A stretch of DNA of 64,000 nucleotides from Stegostoma tigrinum (GCF_030684315.1 NC_081371.1:17851440-17915439), one strand, 5' to 3'; counted from the stretch's first letter, positions 26,401-40,520 are shown. Numbers and translations are program-made. The notes: generated by a model not told the origin, from the sequence alone.

Positions 26401-28169
26401 TAAATATCAGTGTGATTGGCACAACTGTTTGCCACATCACTGTACTGCAAGACAGTAAATGCAATAAATACAGATGCCTTACCAATATTTCAACAGGCGA
26501 TGCATAATTTACTTAAGTGTAAGTGCAAGGATGATCCTTATTTTCACTTTCTTTCTCAACTGAATTGTAGAGATGTTAATAGTCAACTTTACAAACTTCA
26601 CAGTAGAAGAACTGCAGCAGACTTAATTTTAAATGGTACCCTGTAAATCGGCACTCTTGATAAACTGGCAAAAATTATATACCTTAAAAACTGAAAGTTT
26701 ACTGTATTATCACAATCTCTGCAATGTCTGAATAGTCAGTTGAGGGTACGAGTAAAGAAGGCTCTCTGCCAGTAAATTTTATTTAAGGCAACATTGCAGT
26801 ATTATTTAAGTAAATATTATGTAAATAAAGTATATCAGTGCTGTGTATACCGCCATTCTTTACATTTCTAATACTGTGAGTTTTTACATAGATTATGTGG
26901 ACCTCTAGATCTACCAGAATATTTGACCAACCTGTATACTCTTGGGCCCATATGCACCAGATAATTAAAAAGTTTGTTGTAAATCAAAATATTAGTCTAT
27001 CACACATCGGAAAATTATACCAAAAAAGTTTATTATTTTTGTTCCAATAAATGCAAGAATGTAAAAATAATGCTGAATTCACAGCACTTGCTGATATAAT
27101 TCACCATTATTACTGAATAAAAGGCCCAGCAATTTATGCCAAGGAAGCAATATGCTGTAATGTGTGAATTGCCACCAATTGCTGAATAATACCGTCTCTC
27201 CACAATTAGCCTTGCGAACACAGGAACACATCATTAATCTGCCCAAGCATGTCAACAACTTGCTGGACTGGCACCATAAATACAAATTAAACTCCCCGAG
27301 AAAATAATGGCTTCTACTTGTTAAATAAGAGTCTTGTTATTGGGGTGATTATCGGGCTTATCATCCCACTCAACCCTGAAGACCTAGAAGGTAATATTTG
27401 AGACTATGAACTTTCACTTCTGCATTTAGAGAACTGTTCCGAGAGGATTTTTAAGTTCAGTGTTTAAATTTCTTCGTTTTCCCCATTTTTTCCCTTCCCA
27501 AGTATTTAACTTGACTCTGATTTACCTCAATTCCTTCTCCTTGGTTTTATTCTCTATCAGTATATTTAGGAGTTACTTCAGGAGTTAAGTATTAGCCCTA
27601 TCAATTCACTAATGGTTCAGACGTCTCAATGATCTTATCATGCCATTCAAGCAATTTGTGATACAAGAATAACTGGAGCTCATAGGTGAAGAAAAATCAA
27701 ACCCATGCTACATGATACAAAGATGATTGCTTACAGCATGTTTTAAAATTTACAGAAGTGCCTCTGGAATGAAAGCCACTCCCAAATTGAATACATTCTT
27801 TCACATATCCTTAATAGTCCTTATTCTAACTCCAAACTTCGTTAACGTATCATATTAGTATTCTCATGCCACAACGCTCAAGCACAAGCAGTTCAAAATG
27901 ACGTTTGCGAGATTTTAAAACAAAACTCCACTGGGGTTTTTCATTATTTGCAACAAGAAACCTATTGCTGTTGTGTTACATTAAGCTATTATGGAATAAA
28001 TGCTATTGTACTGATGAAAACAGCTGTTTTAAAGTCTGTATTCAAGTAACATGCATTTCTCAATAAGAGTTCTGGAAAGCAATAAGAGTACAGTTGATTT
28101 AGTCCTCTCTGACCTTACCCGAAGTATTCTCAGCCACTTCGGATCAAATCCAGAAGTGGACTTTGATGA

Positions 28170-31100
28170 ATATCAGGCATCAGTGAGGAGGATGATCAGC
28201 AAGGAGGTAGGGGTAGGGTAAGAGTCAGTTCTTAACGTAAAGGGGTAGAGATGGCAGTTGGGGCAGTGGTGTGCTCCTCCTGCCAGATGTGGGAGATCAG
28301 GGAGCAGTCTAGGTGTCCCTGCCATTTGCAGGAAGTGTGCCCACAGCTGCAGCTCCAAAAAGACCACGTGGTTTGGTTGGAGACACAGTTGGACACACTG
28401 AGGAGCATATGGCAGGCAGAGAGTGTGATAAACACTAGTTACAGTGATGTGGTCATACTGGAGGTGAGCAGGTAGTGCAGGAGTCTCCTGCAGCAATTCT
28501 CCTTTCAAACAGGTACACTGTTTTGGATAACGTTGGGAGGGCAGCCTCTCAGGAGACACCAACAGTAGCAGCCAGGCTTGTGGCACTACGACTGGCTCAG
28601 CTGTAGAACAGGGTCGGGCAAAGTCCAGGCGACTCTTAGAAGGGGACTCACTATTCAGGGACACAAACAGGCGTTTCTGTAGCAACAATTGTGATTCCAG
28701 AATGGTGTGTTGCCTCCCTGGTGCCAGGGTCATGGATGTCTCAGAGAGGTTGCATAAAATTCGTAAGGGGGAGGGTGAGCAGCCAGAGGTCATTGTACAT
28801 AATGGCACAAACGACATAGGTGGGAAAAAGGGATGAGGTCCTGAAGGGTGTTTAGGGAATCTGGCAGAAGGTTAAACTGCAAGACCTCAAGGGTAGTATT
28901 ATCCGGATTACTTCCAGTGCCGTGTGTTAGCAACAGCAGGAATAGAAAGATTTGGCAGATGAATGTGTGGCTTGACAACTGGTGCAGGAGACAGGGATTC
29001 AGATTCTTGGATCATTGGGATCTCTACTGGGGCAGAAGTGACATGTACAACAGGGACGGGGTGCACCCGAAATGGAGGGGTACCAATCTCCTGTCCGGGA
29101 GATTTGCTGGAGCGACTCGGGAAGGTTTAAACTAGTTTGGCAGGGCAGTGGGATCCAAAACAGTCAAGAAACAACAGAGAAAGTTGAGGACAGTTCAGAG
29201 ATTGATCAGGGCAAGTTAAATAGTAAAGGCAGTGTTGGTAATCCCAGTCGTAGACAGGGCAGGCAAAAGCACAGCATTTAATTTCAATACAAGAGGCCTG
29301 GCAGGTAAGGCAGATGACATGAGACAGAAATCAGGAGGGCTAAAAGGGACATGAGATGGCATTGGCAGAAAAGGTAAAGGAGAATCTAAGGAGATTCTAC
29401 AAGTACATGATGGGCAAAAGAGTAACTAGGGAGAGAACAGGGCCTCTTAAAGATTAACAAGGTCACCTATATGCACAGCCACAAGAGACGGGCGAGATCC
29501 TAAACGAATACTTCTTGTAGTATTTACCGTGGAGAAAGGTACGGATGGTAGGGAACTTGGGGAAGTAAAGTGATATCTTGAAGAGTGTCCATGTTATAGA
29601 AGTAATCTTAAAACCTAATAAGGTAGATAAATCCCTGGAACCTATTGAAGTGTATACCAGGACTTTGTGGGCAGCTAGGGAGGGAATTCTGGAGCCCCAG
29701 AGATATTTCTATCAACAGCCATGGACAAAGTGTCCAAAGATTAGAGGGTGGATAATGTTATACCAGTATTTAAGAAAGGCTGCAGGGAAATGCATGGGAA
29801 TTAGACTGGTGAGCCTAATGTCCATGGTGGGTAAGTTGTTAGAGGGAATTCTGACGGACAGCTCCACAGGCATTTGCAGAGGCACGGACTCCTTTGAGAT
29901 AATCAGCACAGCTTTGTGTGTGTGAAATCGTGTCTTACAAATCTGACTAGTTTTTTGAAGGCATGACCAAGAAAGTAGATGAGTGACGTGTGTTGTCCAG
30001 ATGGCCTTTAGCAAGGCCTTCGACAAGGTAACACATGGTAGTATGGTTGAGTAAGGTTAAATCTCATGATATTCAGGGAGAGCTAGCCAACTGAACACAA
30101 ATTGACTTGATTGTAGAAGTTAAATCCTGGTGGTGCAGGGTTGTTTTTCAGACTGGCGGCCTGTGACACTGGTGTGCCACAAGGATCAGTGTTAGGTCCA
30201 CTGTTATTCATCATTTATATCCATGATTTGGATAAGAATTTAGGAGATATGGTTAGTAAGTTTGCGGTTTGATTGATGGTACAGTGGATAGTGAAGGTGG
30301 ATATCTGGGGATGCAGCGAGATCTTAGTCAACTGGGCCAGTGGGCTGAGGAATAGCAGACTGAGTTTAACTTAGATAAATGCAAGCTGTTGCAAGGCAAA
30401 CCAGGATAACAAAGTGTGGAGCTGGATGAACACAGCAGGCCAAGCAGCATCTTACGAGCACAAAAGCTGACGTTTCAGGCCTAGACCCTTGTGCACCTAA
30501 GATGCTGCTTGGCCTGCTGCGTTCATCCAGCTCCACACTTTGTTATCTTGGATTCTCCAGCATCTACAGTTCCCATCATCTCTGATCGCAAGGCAAACCA
30601 GGGCAGGGGATTTACACAGTCAATAGTACGGCCCATCCCTAAAGAACAAAGAGATGTATGGGTGCGGACTCATAGCTCCTTGAAAATGGAGTCACAGGTA
30701 GACAGGGTGGTGAAGGTGACTTTTGGATTGCTAGCTTTAATTGGTCAGAGCACTGAGTGTAGGACATGAGATGTCTTGTTGCAGCTGTATAATAAATTGG
30801 TGAGGCCACATTTGGAATATTACATGCAGTTCTGGCCATCCTATTATAGAAAGAATATTATTAAACTAGAAAGAACGCAGAAAAGATTTACTAGAATGGT
30901 ACCTGGGATGAAAGGTTTGGTTAAAAGCAGAGGTTGGATAAGTTGGGACTTTATTTTCTGCTGGAGCTTGGCAAACCAAGGGGTGAATAAAGTCATGATA
31001 GATGGCAGACAGCTTTTACTCATGGCAGGGGAGTCTAAAACTAGACGGTATAGGTTTAAGATGAGAGGAGAGAGATACAAAGGGTCCAGAGGGGCAATTT

Positions 31101-31320
31101 TTTCACAAGAGGATATTGAGTGTCTGGAATGGACTGCCCAGGATAGGGGTGCAAGCGAGTACAATTTTGTCATTTAGGAAACATTTACACAGGTACATGG
31201 ATGGGATAGATATGGGGGGATATGGACCAAACAGAGACAAATTGGACCAGTTCAAATTATGAAAACTGGGCAGCATATGCAAGGTGAACCAAAGGGCCTG
31301 TTTTCATAGACCTCTGGCTC
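28170..31320 (+). mobile_element. Internally deleted CR1 LINE retaining ORF1 (Cys-rich, coiled coil, SGNH-esterase-like) and a decayed ORF2
   Basis: MAVGAVVCSSCQMWE; GDS, GTND and DGVH esterase-like motifs; RT remnants and 3' UTR. Confidence 0.9.
30406..30587 (+). mobile_element. Short palindromic PLE-end insertion inside CR1
   Basis: TSD GCAAGGCAAACCAGG at 30391-30405 and 30588-30602; inverted arms; hammerhead core lost at the junction. Confidence 0.92.
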
Positions 31321-32279
31321 TATAAATATTATGATATCAGAGTGCAAATTTGGGACTGAACATGGAAATCCCAGATGCTCACTCAAATTTGAACCATTTT
31401 AATAATATCCCCAAAAGCTTTATGCCAAGCGATGGAATAAATTAATGTTTTTCAATATTGATATTTGTAATCATTGTATCTCAAAGTCCATTATTAATTC
31501 AGTCAACTAGAAACATGCAAGTGTAAGAGCTAGATTTTGTTTTGATTTACAAAGTAGTTACTCTCAACGGTGCATATGAATAAAATCTGTTCAGTATTAT
31601 TCACTTTAGCCAAAAAAAAAATCAGGGTCTCAGAAATTGGTGAATTTCCAAAATGTATTGCACTTATTTGTCCTCCAAATAAAAGTAGCAGAAACAGCGA
31701 TATCTGATGCTCAGTTTGGGTTCTACTAGGCTACTCAACTCTTACCTTATTTTAGCCTTAGTCCAGTTAAACTCTGGAAATAAAGTGAGAATGACTGCCG
31801 TTGATATCAAGGACACATCTGAGTGAATATAACATCAAGAAACATGACAGAACTGGAGTCATTGGGAATTGGGGAGAAAATTTTGAAGGTTTGACAGCTT
31901 CTCCTGATCTGGTGATCATGTACTCATCGAGAGAGTTGTTACTCTCAGTGCTGTTGGCTGACAACTAAATTGTCTTGCTGCTATCGCTATGGCTCAGGAT
32001 CATTGCAGAATCAAGATTTAAGATTTCTCCCTCATTCTGTGTGCATTATTGGCATACTGTACATTTGCCTATCCTGTCTCTTCACCACATAGGTAATGGC
32101 TTCATATGAGCTGAACTAATTGCTGATTTTCAGATGTTTGTGGTTGGATTTCTGATGTGCACTCTCTATCCGCTGTGTAGCTGTGGTTAGTCCTCTACCA
32201 GCTTGCTTGTTATATGTCTCTTGCACTTTCCTTTGCTTTTGAAGAACAATATCTTGTGTCTCGAAATGGCTATATAATT

Positions 32280-32650
32280 ACAGATTCATGGAGTTATACA
32301 GCTCAGGAACAGACTCTTTGGTCCAACTTGTCCGCACCAACCACATATCCTAAACAGATCTAATCCCATTTGGCCCATATCCTCTGAAATTCTTCTTATT
32401 CATGTACCCCACAGATGCCTTTTAAATGTTGTAATTGTATCCACCCCCACCACATCCTCTAGCAGCTCATTCCCTACACACACCACCGTCGACTGGAAAA
32501 AGTTGCTCCTCAGGCCCCTTTCAAATCTTTCCCCTCTCACCTTAAACCTATGCCCTCTAATTTTGAACTACCCCACCCTACAAAGATGATCTTGTTTATT
32601 CACCCTATTCACACCCCTCATAATTTTATAAACCTCTATAAAGGTCACCT
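32280..32650 (-). mobile_element. CR1 3' end
   Basis: Reverse complement of a CR1 3' region similar to the copy at ~9990-10380. Confidence 0.8.
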
Positions 32651-32724
32651 GTTGCTTGGCAAGGTTGTCCGTACTTACCCTCCAAACTTAAGTTATGTTA
32701 AGGATGGTAGGCACTTGGGACTTG

Positions 32725-32950
32725 AATTAGCTTTATTGTTACATGTACTCACATGAGTATAGTGAAAAGTTTACAAGTCGTCACTTACAGCACCATCTTA
32801 GATACAAAGGTACCAAGATACAGATTCTGGGGTACAAACTCTCAGGGGAAAAAAAAAGTAGAAAAATAGAGAAATAAAAAGTAAGCATTACAGACCAAGG
32901 TACAGAATCATAGTAATAATTTTTTTAAAAAGTAAATAAAAAGTTCAGAA
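32725..32950 (-). repeat. Unclassified interspersed repeat, second copy at ~49197-49409
   Basis: Shared aattagctttatt...gaaaagtttacaagtc.tcacttaca...ccatcttag.tacaaa...aaataaaaagttcaga; AATAAA near the minus-strand end. Confidence 0.75.
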
Positions 32951-33849
32951 TAACTGTCCTTCCACGATAATACAATGAAGAAATTTTTTAAAAAGAGAGA
33001 ATTTAAGTTGAAGTCCACTTAGTCCATTTCATAGCATATTCAATCTCGTAGTCTACAGTATTCATGTCCAGCAAGAGGGGCATCTTGTCTGTGTGGTTCA
33101 GGTAATTTGCTAAATGCATCAGATCCCTGCACATTGACAGATAAATATTGCAATGCGCCATTTAACAGTGGCTTATGGTCCACTTCAACAATGAATTTCT
33201 TGACAAACAAACAAATAAGTATGAAATCACATAATGCAAAACATCAGAGCCAACATCACCACTCTATGATGGAATATTTGCTTGGGGCACAGCTTTTGAA
33301 CAAAAACCAATAGATGTTTCATCTTGCAGATGTCACTGGTGAGATTCACACCAAATAAGTCATCATAGCAGCTTTATCACAAAATTGAAGGAAACAAAAT
33401 GGCAGAAACAAATAACCATAGCATACAGATAAGCTCCTTTTCATTCATAAAAATCACTTTTAGTGCTTAAAATGCTGTTCTTTCAAACAGAAAGGCTGTG
33501 CAGTTTAACTGATGGCATCTTTTGACTACTGGTATTAGTTTTAAGCCTACAGGAATCCAGTTAGGTACAGATTTTTTTCCCTGGAATTTAATCCACGCAA
33601 GTGTGAGATCAGACACTGGTAGTGCTTACTACTATGCTGCCAGATGGGTCACAATTTATTGAAGGATTGAATGAACCTTTGTTACAACACCTGGTATCTA
33701 TGTATACAGGACAATCACAAGCATGTGTGTGTTTGTCCTCAAACTAAGCAATTCAGACGGACTGCAGCACACTTTCCTCAGCTTGTCATTCTGCAACAGA
33801 ACAGAGCTCTGTACAATGGTGACAAAGATGTATACTATTAGTCACAGGC

Positions 33850-34430
33850 CATGATATGGTGATGACATTATAAGCATGCCCTTCAAAAGGGTATATCGCA
33901 TATCCGCTGTGAGACATAACATAAAAGTGGTTGCGGGAGGTCAATCATTCTTAGTTCAATACAGTAGAGCTCCTCAGGCTAGTAAGTTATGTTCAACCAT
34001 CTTCAGCTTCTTCATCAATAACCTTCAGTCCAGCATAAAGGCAAAAATGCAGACGTTCACTGATGATTGCACAATGTTCAACACTATGCATAAATTTCTC
34101 AGATATTGAATCAGTCCATGTACATATGCAACAAAATCAGGACCACAAGTAGCAAGTAACATGCACACCGCACAAGCACCAGGAAAAAAATGACTACCGT
34201 TAAAAAGACAGAATCAAACCATCTCCATTTAAAATTCAAGGGTATTATGATCACTGAATCTTCCCCCCTCTCCTTGTTATCAAGACCTTCAAGATTCCCA
34301 CTGACCAGAAACCGAACAGAACCAGCTATATAAATACTGTGGTATAACAACAGCTCACAGGTTAGGAATTCTGTGGAGGATAATTCACCTCCTGTTTCCT
34401 CAGTGCCTATTCACCACCCACAAGCCTTTG
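33850..34430 (+). mobile_element. Old L2/CR1-like LINE RT fragment; related pieces at ~3300-3500, 9140-9640, 25270-25600 and 58350-59530
   Basis: PQASKLCSTIFSFFINNL..FTDDCT remnant; mutual similarity among the listed pieces. Confidence 0.6.
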
Positions 34431-35045
34431 AATCAGAGAGTTCCGAAGTTGCACGACACTGAGAAACAAAATTCTCCACATCTCTGTCCTGAAGCTTTCA
34501 GAGTCCCATAGTTCTGGACTGACTCACAACAGGAAACAGACTTCTCATGTCTTTATCAAGATCATTCAGGATCTTAAAACACCTCAATCAAATTACCCCT
34601 CAGTCTTCCATACTGCAACTTGCCCTTACGATCCCCTAAAATGTTTATGATTTTAATTTCTGTCTTTATCCCATGTGTATTTCCCAAATATGCATTTCAT
34701 CAACTAGAAAATTTAAAGTTTAAGTAAAAGGGAGCCGATTTTTTTTTTATTTTTCAGTTTGGTGTCTGCAAGAATAACTCAATGGGATTCCCGCTTCAAC
34801 CATTTTGAAAGCAACTTTCTCTGGAGATTTGGAGATTGCCATGGTTCATCAGAAAATTCAGATGCCAGGAAAAGAGAAGTTGCACCACTGAAATTACTAG
34901 ATCTTTATATGTATCGTCCTTCAAGGTCAGTGGGAAGCGCTGTTGCCTCACCACTAACCAAACCATCCAGTGCTATCTCTGTATAACAAAGTGTGGAACT
35001 GGATGAACACAGCAGGCCAAGCAGCATCTGAGGAACACAAAAGCT

Positions 35046-35073
35046 GACGTTTCAGGCCTAGACCCTTCATCAG
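35046..35073 (-). ncRNA. Minimal hammerhead motif (G-U at base of stem II)
   Basis: CUGAUGA-A-GGGUCUAGGCCU-GAAAC-GUC on the minus strand. Confidence 0.6.
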
Positions 35074-38000
35074 AGAGGGGGATGGGGAGAGGGTTCTGGA
35101 ATAAATACGGAGAGAGGGAGGCAGATCAAAGATGGAGAGAAAAGAAGATAGGTGGAGAGAGAGAGTATAGGTGAGGAAGTAGGGAGGGGATAGGTCAGTC
35201 CAGGGAAGACGGACAGGTCAAGGAGGCGGGATGAGGTTAGTAGGTAGGAAATGGAGGTGTGGCTTGAGGTGGGAGGAAGGGATAGGTGAGAGGAAGAGCA
35301 GGTTAGGGAGGCGGGGACAAGCTGGGCTGGTTTTGGGATGCAGTTGGAGAAGGGGAGATTTTGAAGCTTGTGAAGTCCACATTGATACCATTGGGCTGCA
35401 GGGCTCCCAAGTGGAATATGAGTTGCTGCTCCTGCAACCTTCGGGTGGCATCATTGTGGCACTGCAGGAAGCCCATGATGGACATGTCGTCGAAGGAATG
35501 GGAGGAGGAGTTAAAATGGTTTGCGACTGGGAGGTGCAGTTGTTTATTGCAAACCGAGCAGAGGTGTTCTGCAAAGCAGTCCCCAAGTCTCCACTTGGTT
35601 TCCCCAATGTAGAGGAAGCCACACCGGGTACAGTGGATACAGTAAACCACATTGGCAGATGTGCAGGTGAACATCTGCTTAATATGGAAAGTCATCTTGG
35701 GGCCTGGGATGGGGGTGAGGGAGGAGGTGTGGGGGCAAGTGTAGCACTTTCTGGGGTTGCAGGGGAAGGTGCCAGGTGTGGTGAAGATGGAGGGGAGTGT
35801 GGAGCGGACAAAGGGAGTTACGGAGAAAGTGGTCTCTCCGGAAGGCAGACAAGGGTGGGGATGGAAAAATGTCTTGGGTGGTGGGGTCAGACTGTAGATG
35901 GCGGAAGTGTCGGAGGATGATGTGTTGTATCTGGAGGTTGGTGGGGCGGTATAGGCAGACGGAACCCTGCCCACAGCCGACGACCTCATTGCTCCGCCCA
36001 CTACCTCCACAGCCAGCAACCCCAGAGAAGACAGCCACACTGAGCCCTGCCAAATCTTCACCATCCCCCCAGACCTCCACTTAACTGAGGACGAACGGTC
36101 AATCCTCAGCAAGGGGCTCACCTTTGTGCCCCTTCACCCACACATCAACTAATACCAGTCACATTTGGACATAGAGCAGTTTTTCCGCCGCCTTCGCCTC
36201 CTTCTTTAACCGGGAGCCTAACCCTCCCTCAACCGACCCCTTCACCCACCTCCAACACAAATCCTCTTCCTGGACACCACCTCCAGGCCTCCTACCCTCC
36301 CTCGACCTCTTCATCACCAACTGCCGTCGTGACAATAACCGCCTCAACCTCTCCACCCCTCTCACCCACTCGAACCTCTCCCCCGCAGAACGGGCAGCCC
36401 TCCGCTCCCTCCACTCCAACCCCAACCTCACCATCAAAGCCACAGACAAGGGAGGCGCTGTGGTAGTATGGCGCACTGACCTCCACATCGCCGAGGCCAA
36501 ACGCCAACTCTCCGATACTTCCTCCTACTGCCCCCTTGTTCATGGCCCCACCCCCGAGCACCAAACTATCATCTCCAATACCATCCATGACCTCATCACC
36601 TCAGGGGACCTCCCACCCACAGCCTCTAACCTTATTGTTCCCCAACCCCGCACGGCCCGTTTCTATCTCCTTCCCAAAATCCACAAACCCGCCTTCCCTG
36701 GTCAACCTATTGTCTCAGGCTGTTCCTGCCCCACCGAACTCATCTCCACCTATCTGGGCTCCATTTTCTCCCCCTTGGTCCAGGAACCCCCCACCTACGT
36801 CGGTGACACCACCCAGACGCTCCACCTCCTCCAGAACTTCCAATTCTCTGGCCTCCAACACCTCATTTTCACCATGGACGTCCAGTCCCTATACACCTGT
36901 ATTCCTCATGCAGATGGCCTCAAGGCCCTCCGCTTCTTCCTGTCCCGCAGGCCCGACCAGTCCCCCTCCACCGACACCCTCATCCGCCTAGCTGAACTCG
37001 TCCTTACCCACAATGACTTTTCTTTCAATTCCTCCCACTTCCTACAAAGATGGTGGCCATGGGTACCCGCATGGGCCCAAGCTATGCCTGCCTCTTTGTA
37101 GGTTACGTGGAACAGTCCCTCTTCTGCACCTACACTTGCCCCAAACCCCACCTCTTCCCCTGTTACACTGATGACTGTATCGGCACCGCCTGTTGCTCCC
37201 CAGAGGAGCTCGAACAGTTCATCCACTTCACCAACATCTTCCACCCCAACCTCAAGTTCACTTGGGCCATCTCCAACACATCCCTCACCTTCCTGGACCT
37301 CTCAGTCTCCATCTCAGGTAACCAGCTAGAAACTGATGTCCATTTCAAGCCCACCGACTCCCACAGCTACCTAGAATACACCTTCTCCCACGCACCCTCC
37401 TGCAAAAATTCCATCCCCCATTCCCAATTCCTCCGCCTCTGCCGCATCTGTTCCCAGGATGAGGCATTCCACTCCCGCACATCCCAGATGTCCAAGTTCT
37501 TCAAGAACCGCAACTTTCCCCCCGCAGTGGTTGAAAACGTCCTTGACCGCGTCTCCCGCATTTCCCACAACACATCTTACACACCCCGCCCCTGCCACAA
37601 CCGCCCCAAGAGGATACCCCTCGTTCTCACATACCACACCACCAACCTCCGGATACAACTCATCATCCTCCGACACTTCCGCCATCTACACTCCGACCCA
37701 ACCACCCAAGACATTTTTCCATCCCCACCCTTGTCTGCTTTCCGGAGAGACCACTCTCTCCGTGACTCCCTTGTCCGCTCCACACTCTCCTCCAACCCCA
37801 CCACACCCGGCACCTTCCCCTGCAACTGCAGGAAGTGCTACACTTGCCCCCACACCTCCTCCCTCACCCCCATCCCAGGCCCCAAAATGACTTTCCATAT
37901 TAAGCAGATGTTCACCTGCACATCTGCCAATGTGGTTTACTGTATCCACTGTACCCGGGATGGCTTCCTCTACATTGGGGAAACCAAGCGGAGGCTTGGG

Positions 38001-38578
38001 GACCGCTTTGCAGAACACCTCTGCTCGGTTTGCAATAAATAATTGCACCTCCCAGTCGCAAACCATTTTAACTCCCTCTCCCATTCCTTTGACATGTCCA
38101 TCATGGGCTTCCTGCAGTGCCACAATGATGCCACCCGAAGGTTGCAGGAACAGCAACTCATATTCCACTTGGGAGCCCTGCAGCCCAATGGTATCAATGT
38201 GGACTTCACAAGCTTCAAAATCTCCCCTTCCCCAACTGCATCCCAAAACCAGCCCAGTTCATCCCCTCCCCCCACTGCACCATACAACCAGCCCAGCTCT
38301 TCCCCCACTGCATCCCAAAACCGGCCCTGCTTGTCCCCACCTCCCTAACCTGTTCTTCCTCTCACCTGTCCCTTCCTCCCACCTCAAGCCGCACCTCCAT
38401 TTCCTACCTACTAAACTCATCCCGCCTCCTTGACCTGTCCGTCTTCCCTGGACTGACCTATCCCCTCCCTACTTCCTCACTTATACTCTCCTCTCCACCT
38501 ATCTTCTTGTCTCTCCATCTTCGGTCCGCCTCCCTCTCTCTCCCTATTTATTCCAGAACCCTCTCCCCAACCCCGTCT

Positions 38579-38606
38579 CCGATGACGGGTCTAGGCCCGA
38601 AACGTC
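38579..38606 (+). ncRNA. Hammerhead motif with mutated core (CCGAUGA), probably inactive
   Basis: ccgatgacgggtctaggcccgaaacgtc. Confidence 0.5.
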
Positions 38607-39339
38607 AGCTTTTGTGCTCCTCAGATGCTGCTTGGCCTGCTGTGTTCATCCAGCTCCACACTTTGTTATCTTGGATTCTCCAGCATCTGCAGTTCCCATT
38701 ATCTCTGCTCGCTATCTCTGTATATCATGTCAGTCCATCTACTGCCCCCTACTGTCAGCCTACTGAACCAACTCCCAGGATTGCAATGAGCCACACCATA
38801 TATCTAGTTAACTGTTTTGAAGAAGGCCATCATCGCATAACATCATCCTTCCCTATCTCTACATCTTCCTTTAGCACTACAATTATCCCATCTTCCAATG
38901 TGCACTGTACAACCATTGTCCATTTCCTCATATTGGCAGCTGTCTGGAAATCACATGCTGGAATTCACTGTGTTATCCATCAACCTCTGTGTTTTTCTCT
39001 CTCTTCCTTCAGCTACTTCAAGCACCCTTATTTGTTCAAGATTTTACCCAATTACTCTTCTTAAAAATGTTTTGTTCTTTGTTTCAGAGTTCATTTTTAC
39101 AATTGCCGCCTCTGTAAAGCTCCTTAGGAAAGTTTTCTATGCAAAAAATAGTATGTAAATCAACATTATTAGTTTACATTTGGTATACCACAATACACAC
39201 AAAAGACATTGGAAATATTCAAGCAGGTGCTGGAGGTGTAAAAGCAAGTTCAAGGCTGATGACCTATCAGTATTGGGAAAAGTTGAGAGATTCTAAAGTG
39301 GGGAAAAGAGCCAAATTAATTACAAAATGCAAAAACAAC

Positions 39340-40080
39340 AAGAGTTTTGAACAACAAAAGGGATAACATTGCAAGGTACAGGAGTTAGTAACGGGATAAG
39401 AACCAAGTTATATGTCTATGGGAAATACACATGAAAACTGCAAAATCATTGAAAGCTGCCATCTGAAAAAGGCGGCACAAGTTACGATCTGAAGTTGCCG
39501 AACTCAATACTTAATTTGGGCAGCTGTTAGGTGCTCAACTGAATTTTGAGGTGCTGATCGTTTAAAAAAAATAAAATTCAGTCGGAACACTACAGGAAAT
39601 AGAAGAGGCACACATCAGAAAGGGAACCAGGTAGAGATTTAATATAACAGGTGACCACAAATTACAGGAAACTGTGCTGTGAACCGCAAATACAATGATA
39701 AATTGGAAGAAGTGCCAAGTAAATCATAGTTACACTTATCAGGAGCATCTGAGGTCCTAAAAAGGTGCCAAATAAAAGGTGAAGGGGTAGGTGTAACAAC
39801 TGTAGCAGTTCTTTGAGAAAAGGAGGAAAAGTTGATCGGAGTGTTGTAGACGGAACAGTCCCTTTGGAATGCTAATAAAAAGGGAAGATCAAGGGAAATG
39901 TATCTGTTGGTGTCACCGGAAATAGCAAAATATAATGCCATCCTTCTCATGCATTGATTAAGTATGAAATGGAGTAGAACCCTGTTGTAGTTCCAACAGG
40001 GAGAGGAAGGGGTGAGCAAAAGTGTGGGAAATAGAATAGACACAGTTGGAAGTTGTGTGGAGGGGATCTTCAATTGAGGA
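39340..40080 (-). mobile_element. Highly decayed PLE fragment
   Basis: LLAFQRDCSV and NRVLL remnants resembling LSAFRRDHSL and DRVPL of the intact PLEs. Confidence 0.55.
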
Positions 40081-40189
40081 AAAAGACAAAATAAAATGGG
40101 ATGCTATGCCTAATTCTTCTTCTATGTGCTCAAATTATACTTTTCACACATCAGCTACCAATTGAAGGCCTTCACGTGCTGTTAGTGTC

Positions 40190-40520
40190 AGCAGTAGTTC
40201 AGTTGGCAGCACTCTCACCTCAAAGTCAAAGTTACAAGACTGCAACAGAAAAATCAAAGCTGATCCTCCAATGCAGTAATACGGAAGTGTTCCACTATCA
40301 GAGGTGTTGCCTTTCTGGAGGTCCTGCTTGTCAGATTACACTAATATACACTGTACTATTTTGAAGAATAGCAACAGTTATCCCGTTGCGCTCGACAATA
40401 TTTATCCCTGTCAGTCAGATTATCTAGTCATTCCTGCATTTCTGTTTGTGGAACATTAGTACTGGCAACTTAACAGCCATACTTCCTAGATTGCAACAGT
40501 TACTACACCTCAAAAGTACT
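40190..40520 (+). mobile_element. Old Deu-domain SINE (SacSINE1/AmnSINE-like); related pieces at ~25900-26110 (+), 43310-43460 (-) and 57590-58170 (-)
   Basis: tRNA-like head remnant and caatatttatccct...gattatctagtcatt...ctgtttgtgg...caacagttactacacctcaaaagtact core (recalled family features). Confidence 0.6.

Larger units (their letters stand above)
34986..38710 (+). mobile_element. Penelope-like element (Neptune-type RT + Cys knuckle + GIY-YIG) preceded by a ~970 bp inverted copy of its own 3' end
   Basis: TSD GCTATCTCTGTATA at 34972-34985 and 38711-38724; ORF pieces with DKGG, FYLLPKIHK, MDVQSLYT, AMGTRMGPSYA, YTDD, CNCRKCYTC and VVYCIHC..YIGET; frameshift near 37050 and in-frame stops; 34986-35952 mirrors ~37631-38667. 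Confidence 0.96.

Noticed and set aside
35218-39064. Many overlapping 100-270 aa ORFs as novel proteins
   Set aside because: Alternative frames and antisense of a C-rich PLE and its inverted arm.
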